Shown: piece by piece, positions 56,078 to 64,000 of the stretch | How positions within the stretch are numbered: the stretch's first letter is position 1 | Layout of the letters: each line of letters begins with the position of its first letter | Sequence record: EU863409 | DNA length: 64,000 nucleotides | Reading direction: 5' to 3' (one strand) | Origin: Escherichia phage JS10 | Notes under the pieces: model-generated | Databases searched by the model: none | The model's input: the letters and a program-made list of their open reading frames with translations, nothing else | What the model was told of the DNA's origin: nothing | Program-made: the position numbers and the translations under genes

Positions 56078-56356
56078 TTAGTATTTTTCTTCAGGTTGGA
56101 AAACGGAACGACAGGCCCACATGGATGCTTCTTTCAAGCGTTCGATTGCCGTACGAATCTGGGCGAGACGTTCATGAGTGAGGTCGAATTCTTCATCACT
56201 CATTTTATCAACACCCGAGCATGTAAAGGCTTCAACATATTCTTCTTCTAGTGCTTTAAAGATTAAGCCTAATCGAACTTCAGCATCTTTAATGGCATTC
56301 ACTTTACTGATTTTATCGTCGGTATGTGGCTTGTAACCTTTGATATCTTCAATCAT
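56078..56356 (-). CDS. hypothetical protein
   Basis: 92-aa ORF. Confidence 0.45.
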   Translation of the reverse strand: MIEDIKGYKPHTDDKISKVNAIKDAEVRLGLIFKALEEEYVEAFTCSGVDKMSDEEFDLTHERLAQIRTAIERLKEASMWACRSVFQPEEKY

Positions 56357-56571
56357 TTCACTTCCTCATCAGATGCAATATCATATTCTACAAAACGAAG
56401 GCCGTCATATCCACCACTAACAGAGATATACGTAGTCGGGTAAACAGTTTCTTTACCATTCCATTGGCCACCGTCCCAACATTCCATAAAGCCTTGTTCG
56501 CCCTGTTCGTGGAACCAGTCAACAAACATCTTCAGAGCTTCATCAGAGCCTTCAATTGTCAATTTAGACAT
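56353..56571 (-). CDS. hypothetical protein
   Basis: 72-aa ORF. Confidence 0.45.
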   Translation of the reverse strand: MSKLTIEGSDEALKMFVDWFHEQGEQGFMECWDGGQWNGKETVYPTTYISVSGGYDGLRFVEYDIASDEEVK

Positions 56572-56860
56572 ATTTTTTCCAGTCAGAAATCATATGAATC
56601 TCTTGGTCATACGTCAAGAGACTACGAGTTATAATACCCTTACAAGGCCCTGAGATGAACTCGAGGGTGAAGTAAGGAACCTGTTTCATTAATCGGATAC
56701 TAGGAGCGTGGCATCTAAAACGAGAGCCCTTAAAGGGCCCTGACATGAATACATATTCTAATGGATAGAAATAAGCATGCTCAAAGTTTGTAGTAAGGTC
56801 CTCTCTTCGAACCTTACGTGAGAAATAACAGAACTCAAAAAGTTCTTCATCGGTCATCAT
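56564..56860 (-). CDS. hypothetical protein
   Basis: 98-aa ORF. Confidence 0.45.
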   Translation of the reverse strand: MMTDEELFEFCYFSRKVRREDLTTNFEHAYFYPLEYVFMSGPFKGSRFRCHAPSIRLMKQVPYFTLEFISGPCKGIITRSLLTYDQEIHMISDWKKYV

Positions 56861-57384
56861 TGCATTCCTATCACAAAGAACAGTGGCAGAGGTTTAGAAC
56901 CCTGGCACATAAATTTGTTAATCATTACCTGGTAAGCTTCATAGAACTTATCCATCGATGGAAGGCGCATTGGCTCTTCGATAATAATCAATAATCGAGT
57001 AACTGATAGACCACGATACTTATGGAAGTTATCTTCGTCTAAAAATGAACGCACGGTATCATATACAACAAATCCAGGACCTTCTACTTGAAGGTGTGGT
57101 TGGGCCTTAGAAACCCTTTTTATTATATTACAGATTTCTCGTGAGCGATGCGAAGAACTTGACATAACAATCACATCATTACCCTTGGAAACCCAATCAG
57201 CTGCGAACTGAGCAAGGGCACTTGTTTTACCTGTTTGACGCCCGCCGTCAAGTCGAAGAGTACCAAATTCTTGCATTCTTGAAGTGGGTTCGTACCAGGT
57301 ATATTGGTCTGAGTCTAAACGTTCAATGGCGCGTTCAGCGAAGGCGTGCATTAAGGTTAGATAAATGGGAGTTAAAAATTTCAT
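56857..57384 (-). CDS. P-loop NTPase
   Basis: 175 aa; Walker A GGRQTGKTS. Confidence 0.5.
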   Translation of the reverse strand: MKFLTPIYLTLMHAFAERAIERLDSDQYTWYEPTSRMQEFGTLRLDGGRQTGKTSALAQFAADWVSKGNDVIVMSSSSHRSREICNIIKRVSKAQPHLQVEGPGFVVYDTVRSFLDEDNFHKYRGLSVTRLLIIIEEPMRLPSMDKFYEAYQVMINKFMCQGSKPLPLFFVIGMQ

Positions 57385-57544
57385 AATGGTCTCTTAGTTG
57401 TGGGGCCGTTCCTTGGCACATAATTCATCCATGTATCCGTATGTAAACCCTTTACCGCACTTGGGCTCGACCTTATTACAGGTAGGGAAAGGTCCATCAC
57501 TCAGAGGACGCGACGTTCATGAGGAGAGGGCCGGCTTGCCTTTA

Positions 57545-57844
57545 TTAGAAAGAACCAGAACCTTTAATTGTATTCTGGCGACCTTTATTTTCTAATTCAG
57601 AGTGGTCGATTTCGTATGCTTGGGCTACACCAAAGGCCTTTTTAACTTTAGCTAAAGAGCCTTTAGATGTAACAATATTAAAAGTATTACCTTTAGTAAA
57701 ATCAACCAAATCCACTTGTACGCCCTGTTTACCGAGGCTTGCTACAATAGCATCAACATATTCTTGGTCTAAGGTGCCTTGGACACCTATTTGGAATGCT
57801 TTAGGAGCTTTGGCTTCTGTAATAAATTCTTGATAGGTTTTCAT
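57545..57844 (-). CDS. internal protein (capsid-targeted), IP family
   Basis: 99 aa; N-terminal capsid-targeting sequence MKTYQEFITEA as in T4 IPs. Confidence 0.65.
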   Translation of the reverse strand: MKTYQEFITEAKAPKAFQIGVQGTLDQEYVDAIVASLGKQGVQVDLVDFTKGNTFNIVTSKGSLAKVKKAFGVAQAYEIDHSELENKGRQNTIKGSGSF

Positions 57845-57856
57845 ATTATTCCTTAA

Positions 57857-57898
57857 GTTGATAGAAGTATTCTATCACGGATTTAATTAAGCGTAAAT
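57857..57898 (-). promoter_or_regulatory. early-promoter cassette (variant -35)
   Basis: gttgatagaagtattcta...gtaaat. Confidence 0.45.
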
Positions 57899-58303
57899 AG
57901 CCTTGCCATAGTGTTTGTACCAGGTAGGGCGTTGTGCAATTTTTTCGTCCAAACGGGCTTGTGAAATAGCGATAGAAGCTTCGTGAGGAACATAATCACC
58001 ACGGAATTCCTGAGGAATATCACTAATGTCCTGGACTGTAGTATCCTTGATATTAAAGCCACGTTTTAAACATTCGGCTATAAGCTCGATTTGACGCTTA
58101 CGTAAAAATTCAAGCTTATCATAAAAGAATGTAACGTGGCCTGTACCAAGGATAAAAGTAGGGCTGATTTTAAAATCACGAACACGTTTACCGTTAGCAA
58201 CATGCTTACGAACTGCACCGAAAACACGTGGTAATTCACGATATTCAGCCATTAAGTGTTGGTCAGCCAATTCAGATACTAAGGTAAGGTTGATACGAGT
58301 CAT
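57887..58303 (-). CDS. denV: endonuclease V (pyrimidine-dimer DNA glycosylase)
   Basis: 138 aa; essentially identical to T4 DenV ([34 protein letters not shown]...). Confidence 0.95.
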   Translation of the reverse strand: MTRINLTLVSELADQHLMAEYRELPRVFGAVRKHVANGKRVRDFKISPTFILGTGHVTFFYDKLEFLRKRQIELIAECLKRGFNIKDTTVQDISDIPQEFRGDYVPHEASIAISQARLDEKIAQRPTWYKHYGKAIYA

Positions 58304-58318
58304 TTTTAATCTCCTGTA

Positions 58319-58359
58319 GTTGATAGGTCTATAGTATCATGCCTACAGGAGAAGTAAAC
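58319..58359 (-). promoter_or_regulatory. early-promoter cassette
   Basis: gttgataggtctatagtatcatg...gtaaac. Confidence 0.6.
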
Positions 58360-58758
58360 TTATTTGTAAGTTTTCATCCAATTCTTGAACAGAGCTGCAA
58401 CGTCTTTCTCTTTAACGTTCAATTTAACGTCCAGCATTTTGCCACCAGCGGCACGTGTCTGACGAATCTTAGCCGTACCGGTTTCGCCATTCCACTCAAC
58501 ATAATACTGCCCGGTGTTCATAGCGATACCATCGCCATAGTCTTCGTTCTTAGAAGTAGTGAATGCCAACTTCATGGTCTTAGAGACACGGGCCTGCATG
58601 CCTGTCTGCAGAGCGTTACGAACGCGAATAACCTGAGGAGTGGCCTGGGTCAGGTTCTCGTTCAGTTCTTCGGTGAACTCTTCTGATTCAAACATTGCCA
58701 AAAGTTCAGCGGGCGCCGGGATTACAGCTTCGGCGATAAATTCATTGTAAGTTTTCAT
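58360..58758 (-). CDS. internal protein (capsid-targeted), IP family
   Basis: 132 aa; N-terminus MKTYNEFIAEA. Confidence 0.6.
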   Translation of the reverse strand: MKTYNEFIAEAVIPAPAELLAMFESEEFTEELNENLTQATPQVIRVRNALQTGMQARVSKTMKLAFTTSKNEDYGDGIAMNTGQYYVEWNGETGTAKIRQTRAAGGKMLDVKLNVKEKDVAALFKNWMKTYK

Positions 58759-58799
58759 ATAGGTCCTTTAAAGGTAAATGTGTTTAAGTATAGGCTTTA

Positions 58800-59396
58800 T
58801 TAATTACCACGGGCTGCATTAGCAACGGCGTAAGCGTACTGAATATTAGCGTCTTTAAACGTACCTTTAGAGGTATCTAGCTCTGCCTTAAAGCCGGCTT
58901 TAGTCATAACATCGGCAAATTCTTTACGGAAAGCCATTGTATCAAGACCTTTCCATGCTGATTTATGCTTGGCAAATTCAAGACCAGCGAAGTTGACTGC
59001 TTTAGCCAATTTATTATCAATAGTCCATTTACCTGCTTTAGGCACAAATATCGGACCTTTCTGTTTAGAGAATAGTTTTAAATTCCAGCGACGAAGGTCG
59101 CCGTCGGCTTTAACAAAAGCTGCGTCCAAGTTACTAGCAACAACATCTTGAATATGGCCAAATTTAAGCCCATCAGCTTCAATATTTAGGTCGTTACGCC
59201 AGCGAAGTCCTTCCCAGGCGAAAGCTTTAAAGTCGGAAGCTTTTGTAGCTAAATACCGTTCAATAGGAGCTGTTTTAGCGTCAAAGCCGTTTCCTGGGTT
59301 GTCAACGCCGTTTCCTCGGTAGGTCCACTCATCTTTATTAATGCCTTTGACCTTTCCTGCAGTAGCTTCGGTGATAAATTCTTTATACGTTTTCAT
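58800..59396 (-). CDS. internal protein (capsid-targeted), IPIII-like
   Basis: 198 aa; N-terminus MKTYKEFITEA; basic. Confidence 0.6.
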   Translation of the reverse strand: MKTYKEFITEATAGKVKGINKDEWTYRGNGVDNPGNGFDAKTAPIERYLATKASDFKAFAWEGLRWRNDLNIEADGLKFGHIQDVVASNLDAAFVKADGDLRRWNLKLFSKQKGPIFVPKAGKWTIDNKLAKAVNFAGLEFAKHKSAWKGLDTMAFRKEFADVMTKAGFKAELDTSKGTFKDANIQYAYAVANAARGN

Positions 59397-59434
59397 ACGG
59401 GTCCTTCAAATGTAAATTTAATTAGTCTGTTCAA

Positions 59435-59475
59435 GTAACTGTAGATATACTATCACAATTCTAGGAGATGTAAAC
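59435..59475 (-). promoter_or_regulatory. early-promoter cassette (degenerate)
   Basis: gtagatatactatcac...gtaaac. Confidence 0.4.
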
Positions 59476-59480
59476 TGCTT

Positions 59481-59969
59481 TTATCTATAAGCAGCCCAAG
59501 TACCTGTTTTAAAGGTGGCGATAACACGCTTGGCACGATTCGGGGTTTGCTTGTACCAACGAGACTGCGCCAGGTTAACTGCCGCATCGTCCCAACGTTT
59601 CTGTTGGAGCATACGTAAAGAGTTAGTGAACCCTGCCACACCTGCTTCACCCATTTGGAAGACCATATTAATCAATGCGCAACGACGAACTTCGTCCAAC
59701 ACATCATAAACCGGTTTCAATTTAGGATTGCGCATTATAGCTCTACGAGCATTTTCCACTGAACGATTAAAGAGTTGTTCAGCTTCAGCCATAGTAATAC
59801 GACCATTACAAACTCGACCCATAAGCTTATCAAGTTCAGCGCGAGCAACATCTTTAGATGGGTTCTTGGTAACTAACTGGCCAATACCAATAGTCCAATA
59901 ACCTTCGGTGTCTTTATAAAGGTTTAAATCAAGACCTTCGTCTTGACGTAACATATCAAAAATATCCAT
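59481..59969 (-). CDS. e: endolysin (T4 lysozyme)
   Basis: 162 aa; long identical blocks with T4 lysozyme ([62 protein letters not shown]). Confidence 0.95.
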   Translation of the reverse strand: MDIFDMLRQDEGLDLNLYKDTEGYWTIGIGQLVTKNPSKDVARAELDKLMGRVCNGRITMAEAEQLFNRSVENARRAIMRNPKLKPVYDVLDEVRRCALINMVFQMGEAGVAGFTNSLRMLQQKRWDDAAVNLAQSRWYKQTPNRAKRVIATFKTGTWAAYR

Positions 59970-59974
59970 AATTA

Positions 59975-59992
59975 CCTCCTGATTATAGGAGG
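59975..59992 (-). promoter_or_regulatory. RBS-sequestering hairpin of gene e
   Basis: inverted repeat cctcct/aggagg around a 6-nt loop; the AGGAGG RBS is in the 3' arm. Confidence 0.6.
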
Positions 59993-60000
59993 TATTTATA
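59993..60000 (-). promoter_or_regulatory. late promoter TATAAATA of gene e
   Basis: plus-strand tatttata immediately upstream of the hairpin. Confidence 0.6.
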
Positions 60001-60450
60001 TCAAAAGAGTGAATCTAAAACCTTAAACATCGACGGGCCCATGACATATTCCCATTGCGGACGTTTAATCAAAGCGAAAGCGTCGAATTCCGGAATCGTA
60101 CGACCATCAGGGAACGTATGGTAAGCTGTACATTTGCAATTCTTGAACTGCTCGTGTTCGACAGGCACAGTATATAAGAACAGGTGTAGATTCTTATTGC
60201 TTGAATATTTGAACTCACCTAGGTCTTTCAGGAACGCAGGGTCATATGCTGTGAATCCAATCTCTTCTTCGGTTTCACGCATTGCCGCTTGAATAGGCTC
60301 TTCACCCGGTTCGACATGACCTTTAGGGATGTCCCATTTATGACGCATGTTCTCTGGATTACGAGAGCCTGTTACACGACCCATAACCAATTCTTTATCG
60401 GCGGTCATGAACAAAATACCAGCGGATAATTCTTTCGCTTTCTTACTCAT
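60001..60450 (-). CDS. nudE: Nudix hydrolase
   Basis: Nudix box [22 protein letters not shown]; start trimmed to internal MSKKAKEL to about 149 aa, near the T4 NudE size. Confidence 0.75.
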   Translation of the reverse strand: MSKKAKELSAGILFMTADKELVMGRVTGSRNPENMRHKWDIPKGHVEPGEEPIQAAMRETEEEIGFTAYDPAFLKDLGEFKYSSNKNLHLFLYTVPVEHEQFKNCKCTAYHTFPDGRTIPEFDAFALIKRPQWEYVMGPSMFKVLDSLF

Positions 60451-60679
60451 CGTCTCGTTCCCATGATTGTTTAAAGATATCTCGTATAATAATTTCAACA
60501 CACGTTTCTGTTGACGGACTTTCACTATCAGACACTTGAATCATATAATCAGAAATAGGTCGGAACATATCCAAGTCGCTTTCTAAATCTTCTTTGATTT
60601 TCTCTTCTGATGTTCCTGTGTCATAGGAATACAGATAAGAATCGCATGACTCGGATTTAATATAAATCGCAATACTCAT
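60443..60679 (-). CDS. hypothetical acidic protein
   Basis: 78-aa ORF. Confidence 0.4.
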   Translation of the reverse strand: MSIAIYIKSESCDSYLYSYDTGTSEEKIKEDLESDLDMFRPISDYMIQVSDSESPSTETCVEIIIRDIFKQSWERDDE

Positions 60680-61263
60680 TTACGGCATTCCTCAATAAAA
60701 GAATTTAATGTATTTTTCTTAGTGATATCGTCATACACCTTTTTAACTTTAGAAATACGAAAAGGTACTTCAATAACTGCAGTCCATAAAAATGATGCGA
60801 TAAGTCCTAAGATGGCCGCAGACATCGCTGAAGCGAATACACTAATGGGTAAGTCATTATCTGTTGTCAGGAAAAACCCTAGGAGTGGGAAAAATAATAT
60901 CCCCATCCAAACATAGAACCTAGAACTCACTAATTTGTCGTATTCATCACTCCATGTACGGAAGCCGTATTTTTTACTATAACAAATCAATGGGTCTGGT
61001 GTCTGTTCTTTATGGGGTTCTGGTTGCCAACCATTTACGATATAGCCCATTTTATATTCCTCAATTAAAAGTTGTTTCATTTCAGCAGTACAACCCGACC
61101 AATCTATTGTACTGGCTGAAATTCCTTCATCACCATCATCAATATTTCGCCAGGACTTTTTAATAATCATATTCTCACCACTTGGGATAATGATTCCGGC
61201 ATTTTCTGACCGACGGATGAAGTTTACATCAACACCCATGCAACCAGGTTCATAAAGGGCCAT
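60676..61263 (-). CDS. membrane protein
   Basis: 195 aa with C-terminal hydrophobic helices. Confidence 0.5.
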   Translation of the reverse strand: MALYEPGCMGVDVNFIRRSENAGIIIPSGENMIIKKSWRNIDDGDEGISASTIDWSGCTAEMKQLLIEEYKMGYIVNGWQPEPHKEQTPDPLICYSKKYGFRTWSDEYDKLVSSRFYVWMGILFFPLLGFFLTTDNDLPISVFASAMSAAILGLIASFLWTAVIEVPFRISKVKKVYDDITKKNTLNSFIEECRK

Positions 61264-61949
61264 TACCAGCCCTCCATAGGAAATTCCAGATATACTTGAG
61301 CATTAACACGGATTTCATTAGTAATCTTTTTAACACGGTCAGTATTACGAGAGACACGACCAAACCAGCGCCAACCGTTACTTACCGCACGAGAACCCGT
61401 ATGCCATGTCTGCCAATCAAACTGGAGCAATGTGCGGTCAGGAGCATCCCACTTGGTTAATTCATTGGACTCAATTTTTTCCAGAACTTCTTTATGCCAC
61501 TGGCGATAGATAAGTTCGCCTTCAGGAATCTGACTAAATTGCGCAGTTCCGGTTGCAAAATAAGTAGGACACACATCAGCGTTAACAAGACCAAGAATAT
61601 GTTCAGAATGGTATCGAGGATTATCATAATCAGGTTGGCCTGCGGTAATAAAGTGTTGACCCACCGGAATATCCGGACGTGGTACATCATCATGGTGATA
61701 ACCTGGGATAGCAGGATACCAACCAGGCATAAGCATATGAACTCGGGAATCAAATACAACCTGGTCGGTGTTCCACTCATCTGGCAGGTTCATAATGAAG
61801 CTGCGAGTAATAGGGCCACCATTATCAAAAGCGAAAGCCAATGAGCTGTTGAAGAACATAGTTTCGTTTTTGATTTTATCGTTAGAAATTTTACCGGCAA
61901 AACTACCCACTGCACGAGCTTGAGAATTAAAAGTTTTCGGGCTGTTCAT
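61263..61949 (-). CDS. hypothetical protein
   Basis: 228-aa ORF, His/Asp-rich. Confidence 0.5.
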   Translation of the reverse strand: MNSPKTFNSQARAVGSFAGKISNDKIKNETMFFNSSLAFAFDNGGPITRSFIMNLPDEWNTDQVVFDSRVHMLMPGWYPAIPGYHHDDVPRPDIPVGQHFITAGQPDYDNPRYHSEHILGLVNADVCPTYFATGTAQFSQIPEGELIYRQWHKEVLEKIESNELTKWDAPDRTLLQFDWQTWHTGSRAVSNGWRWFGRVSRNTDRVKKITNEIRVNAQVYLEFPMEGW

Positions 61950-61963
61950 AATATTTTCCTCAA

Positions 61964-62188
61964 TTACTTTTTGTTGAAAAAGTACATTTTACCTTTAGGG
62001 GATAAGGATACACGAAGTGCGTTACCGATACCAACTGAACATTTAACCAGGTCAGCAGATTTCAATTCACCAAATGCTTGACGAAGGTCACCGTCACGAG
62101 TGTTAACCATCAGACATTTAGCACCAGCTGCACGAACTTCATTTAACATGTTGATTGCTTGGTTAGAAAGTTTCATTTTATTCTCCAT
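61964..62188 (-). CDS. hypothetical protein
   Basis: ATG at 62186-62188 or 62174-62176 (MENKMKLSN), downstream of the promoter cassette; track start 62254 lies upstream of that promoter. Confidence 0.45.
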   Translation of the reverse strand: MENKMKLSNQAINMLNEVRAAGAKCLMVNTRDGDLRQAFGELKSADLVKCSVGIGNALRVSLSPKGKMYFFNKK

Positions 62189-62202
62189 TTCACTCTGTTG
62201 TT

Positions 62203-62242
62203 TTGATAGGTCTATAGTATCACACCTATAGACCTTGTATAC
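62203..62242 (-). promoter_or_regulatory. early-promoter cassette (variant -35)
   Basis: ttgataggtctatagtatcac...gtatac. Confidence 0.5.
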
Positions 62243-62254
62243 TGTTTTATGCAA

Positions 62255-63214
62255 TTATTTTTCGAAAGGACGAATTAAATGTTGGTTAGCCTTGAAACGA
62301 TTAACATAGTCTTCGCGACCCAGGGTGTTATACATATTAACCACAGCTTGGTAGTTTTCCCAGGCATACTCACGGAACCATCCAGAAGTAATGGAGGTAC
62401 AGACTTTTTCCAGAGCAACATGGAAGCTCACGGATGGAGAGATATTGAACTCATTAGGAACCTGCGAACGCTCTAGAGCAAGTACACATGCTTCTTCATA
62501 TACGCCAGCCAGTTTAATAGCTTCAGGCAAAGCTTCAAACTTCTCACGTGAGGTCATGACTTCAGAACCATCTTTCATATAAAAGGTATACGCTGGGCGT
62601 CCAGCCAATGCCACAGCTTCATGGATAGAGTCATGGTCTAATGTATAAATGGTATCATTAAAGAACGATGATTTGTTTACATCCAATTTAGGATGAGAAT
62701 AGCTCAACGTTTCTTTCTGGCGTTGCAGCATGATTTCTTGGAGCTCTTCATTCAAGGTTACACCTTTATTACGAAGATATTTGATGTGGGACATCGTCTT
62801 CAAAAAGAACGGGTTGTTCTTCAAATAACGATGGCTCATTTTGATAGCCAGACAGATATCAGGCGTGGCCCAATAGAAACCAGTAAGACGATCCTTTTTA
62901 ATATGATTTTCAGCATATTTCAGGAGACGATAACTTGAGGTGAAATCTTCGTCCTGAAGCTCACCGGTAATTTCTCGTACGTTAGTCAGAGCACGGACAA
63001 TATAAGCTTCAAAATAGGTTTCTTTACCATTGTACATACATTTAAAGGCCTGGACATCTGGATTATCCACAGGGACATGGGCGCCGAACATCCGGGCTTT
63101 AAATTGATTCCATGAGCCTTGGTCGGCAATAAAATCCCAATCAGAATTTTCAATATACTTACTTTCAATCAGACCAGCGTGGTGCAGTGCACGAGAACCA
63201 ATAACTAGCATCAT
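62255..63214 (-). CDS. hypothetical protein, possible nucleotidyltransferase fold
   Basis: 319 aa; N-terminal VIGSRALHH...SDWDFIAD resembles the G-S...D-x-D NTase signature. Confidence 0.4.
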   Translation of the reverse strand: MMLVIGSRALHHAGLIESKYIENSDWDFIADQGSWNQFKARMFGAHVPVDNPDVQAFKCMYNGKETYFEAYIVRALTNVREITGELQDEDFTSSYRLLKYAENHIKKDRLTGFYWATPDICLAIKMSHRYLKNNPFFLKTMSHIKYLRNKGVTLNEELQEIMLQRQKETLSYSHPKLDVNKSSFFNDTIYTLDHDSIHEAVALAGRPAYTFYMKDGSEVMTSREKFEALPEAIKLAGVYEEACVLALERSQVPNEFNISPSVSFHVALEKVCTSITSGWFREYAWENYQAVVNMYNTLGREDYVNRFKANQHLIRPFEK

Positions 63215-63415
63215 AATATTTTCCTCATTAATAAAGACGAGTTACTTCATATTTACCCAGTTCAGATTTTTTGCTTCAATACGCGTTGCGGCTAGATTAG
63301 CAGCCTCTAGTGAAGAAAATTGAACCACTTGGGAAGTATTCTGCCTTACGCCACCTTGTGGGTGAGTAACAAAAACAATAAGAACATTATACATAATATT
63401 TTCCTCAGAGTAAAC

Positions 63416-63664
63416 TTAAATTTCAGCAACGTAATCGTTATGCAATTCCCACATATTATCAGAATTATTCTTAACGATAGGAATTATCTCATTAGAGATT
63501 TCTTCTGCATAAGGGTCATTGATACAGTGAGCATCTTCAAAACGAACACCGTAATCAGACTTCTTATAGGCAAAGCCATAAATCTTTTTAAACTTAGCAC
63601 GACTAATTCGTACCGGCTCATCAGACTTATCAGACTTATCAGACAGCGGAGAGTAATACCACAT
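63416..63664 (-). CDS. hypothetical protein
   Basis: 82-aa ORF containing a short SDKSDKSDE repeat. Confidence 0.45.
   Translation of the reverse strand: MWYYSPLSDKSDKSDEPVRISRAKFKKIYGFAYKKSDYGVRFEDAHCINDPYAEEISNEIIPIVKNNSDNMWELHNDYVAEI
63622..63644. repeat. 9-bp tandem repeat (cagacttat x2.5)
   Basis: tcagacttatcagacttatcagac read directly. Confidence 0.7.
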
Positions 63665-63708
63665 AATGTTCTCCTCATGTTGGTGTACGGTAATAGTAAC
63701 ACGGTTTT

Positions 63709-63984
63709 CTAGAGTTGTACATCACTTCTACAATATTCTAAAAATAATTTATCGTTGTCTACTGTATCCCAACGTCGCCAAGATGGATTCCAGACCAAAG
63801 CGTTGTCACCACAATCATTGAGCTTAAAATGGTCATAGTACATGGCTATGTGTCTAGTCTCGTCACCAGAGAACCCTAGTATAGGCTCGCCGTGGGTATG
63901 ATACATATGGTGATGCATTGAGAGGTCGCATTTATAAAACATCTCACGTTTACCACGAATGAACAAGAAAGCTTGTCCATTCAT
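63709..63984 (-). CDS. hypothetical His/Cys-rich protein
   Basis: 91-aa ORF near the window edge. Confidence 0.4.
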   Translation of the reverse strand: MNGQAFLFIRGKREMFYKCDLSMHHHMYHTHGEPILGFSGDETRHIAMYYDHFKLNDCGDNALVWNPSWRRWDTVDNDKLFLEYCRSDVQL

Positions 63985-64000
63985 ATAGAATTCTTTATCC

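Noticed and set aside
57385-57544. tRNA gene in the GC-rich intergenic segment
   Set aside because: No acceptor-stem complementarity, no GTTCRAnnC T-loop and no CCA-proximal structure found on either strand
59453-59650. 65-aa ORF overlapping the promoter and the start of the lysozyme gene
   Set aside because: Its start lies in the promoter cassette of the upstream IP gene and it overlaps gene e in another frame; spurious
2765-62242. CRISPR array suggested by the many repeated 40-bp elements
   Set aside because: Copies are kilobases apart, irregularly spaced, each directly upstream of a gene and with -35/-10 architecture; these are promoters, not CRISPR repeats
1-64000. Integrated prophage or host chromosomal context
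   Set aside because: Gene content and order are those of a lytic T-even phage early region throughout; no integrase, attachment site or host housekeeping genes were seen

Overview
This window is a T4-like (Tevenvirinae) phage early-gene region. Almost every gene is on the minus strand, and the order matches T4 from rIIA to the lysozyme gene e and beyond: rIIA, topoisomerase 39, dexA, dda, srd-like, modA, modB, soc, 56, 61, 41, 40, uvsX, 42, 43, regA, 62, 44, 45, 46, 47, 55, 49, nrdC, rI, tk, regB, denV, internal proteins, e, nudE. All calls rest on reading the translated ORFs against my memory of T4 proteins, on motifs, and on synteny; no database search was run. The most interesting feature is that the T4 glucosyltransferase loci look replaced. 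The bgt position holds an unrelated 297-aa ORF, no alpha-gt lies between 47 and 55, and three extra genes sit between gene 42 and imm: a Tmk-like P-loop kinase, a HAD phosphatase, and a 557-aa nucleotidyltransferase/APH-fold kinase fusion. Together these look like a phage-encoded nucleotide-sugar pathway feeding a non-glucose hydroxymethylcytosine hypermodification, possibly arabinosylation as reported for RB69-type phages. Other notable points are about 20 near-identical early-promoter cassettes, often paired with UUCG-loop hairpins (PeSL-like modules), RBS-sequestering hairpins upstream of e and modB, a duplicated soc gene, three internal-protein genes, a macro-domain protein, two nucleotidyltransferase-fold proteins, an AAA ATPase, and several small genes below the 60-aa cutoff of the ORF track. 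No rRNA, tRNA or CRISPR array was found.
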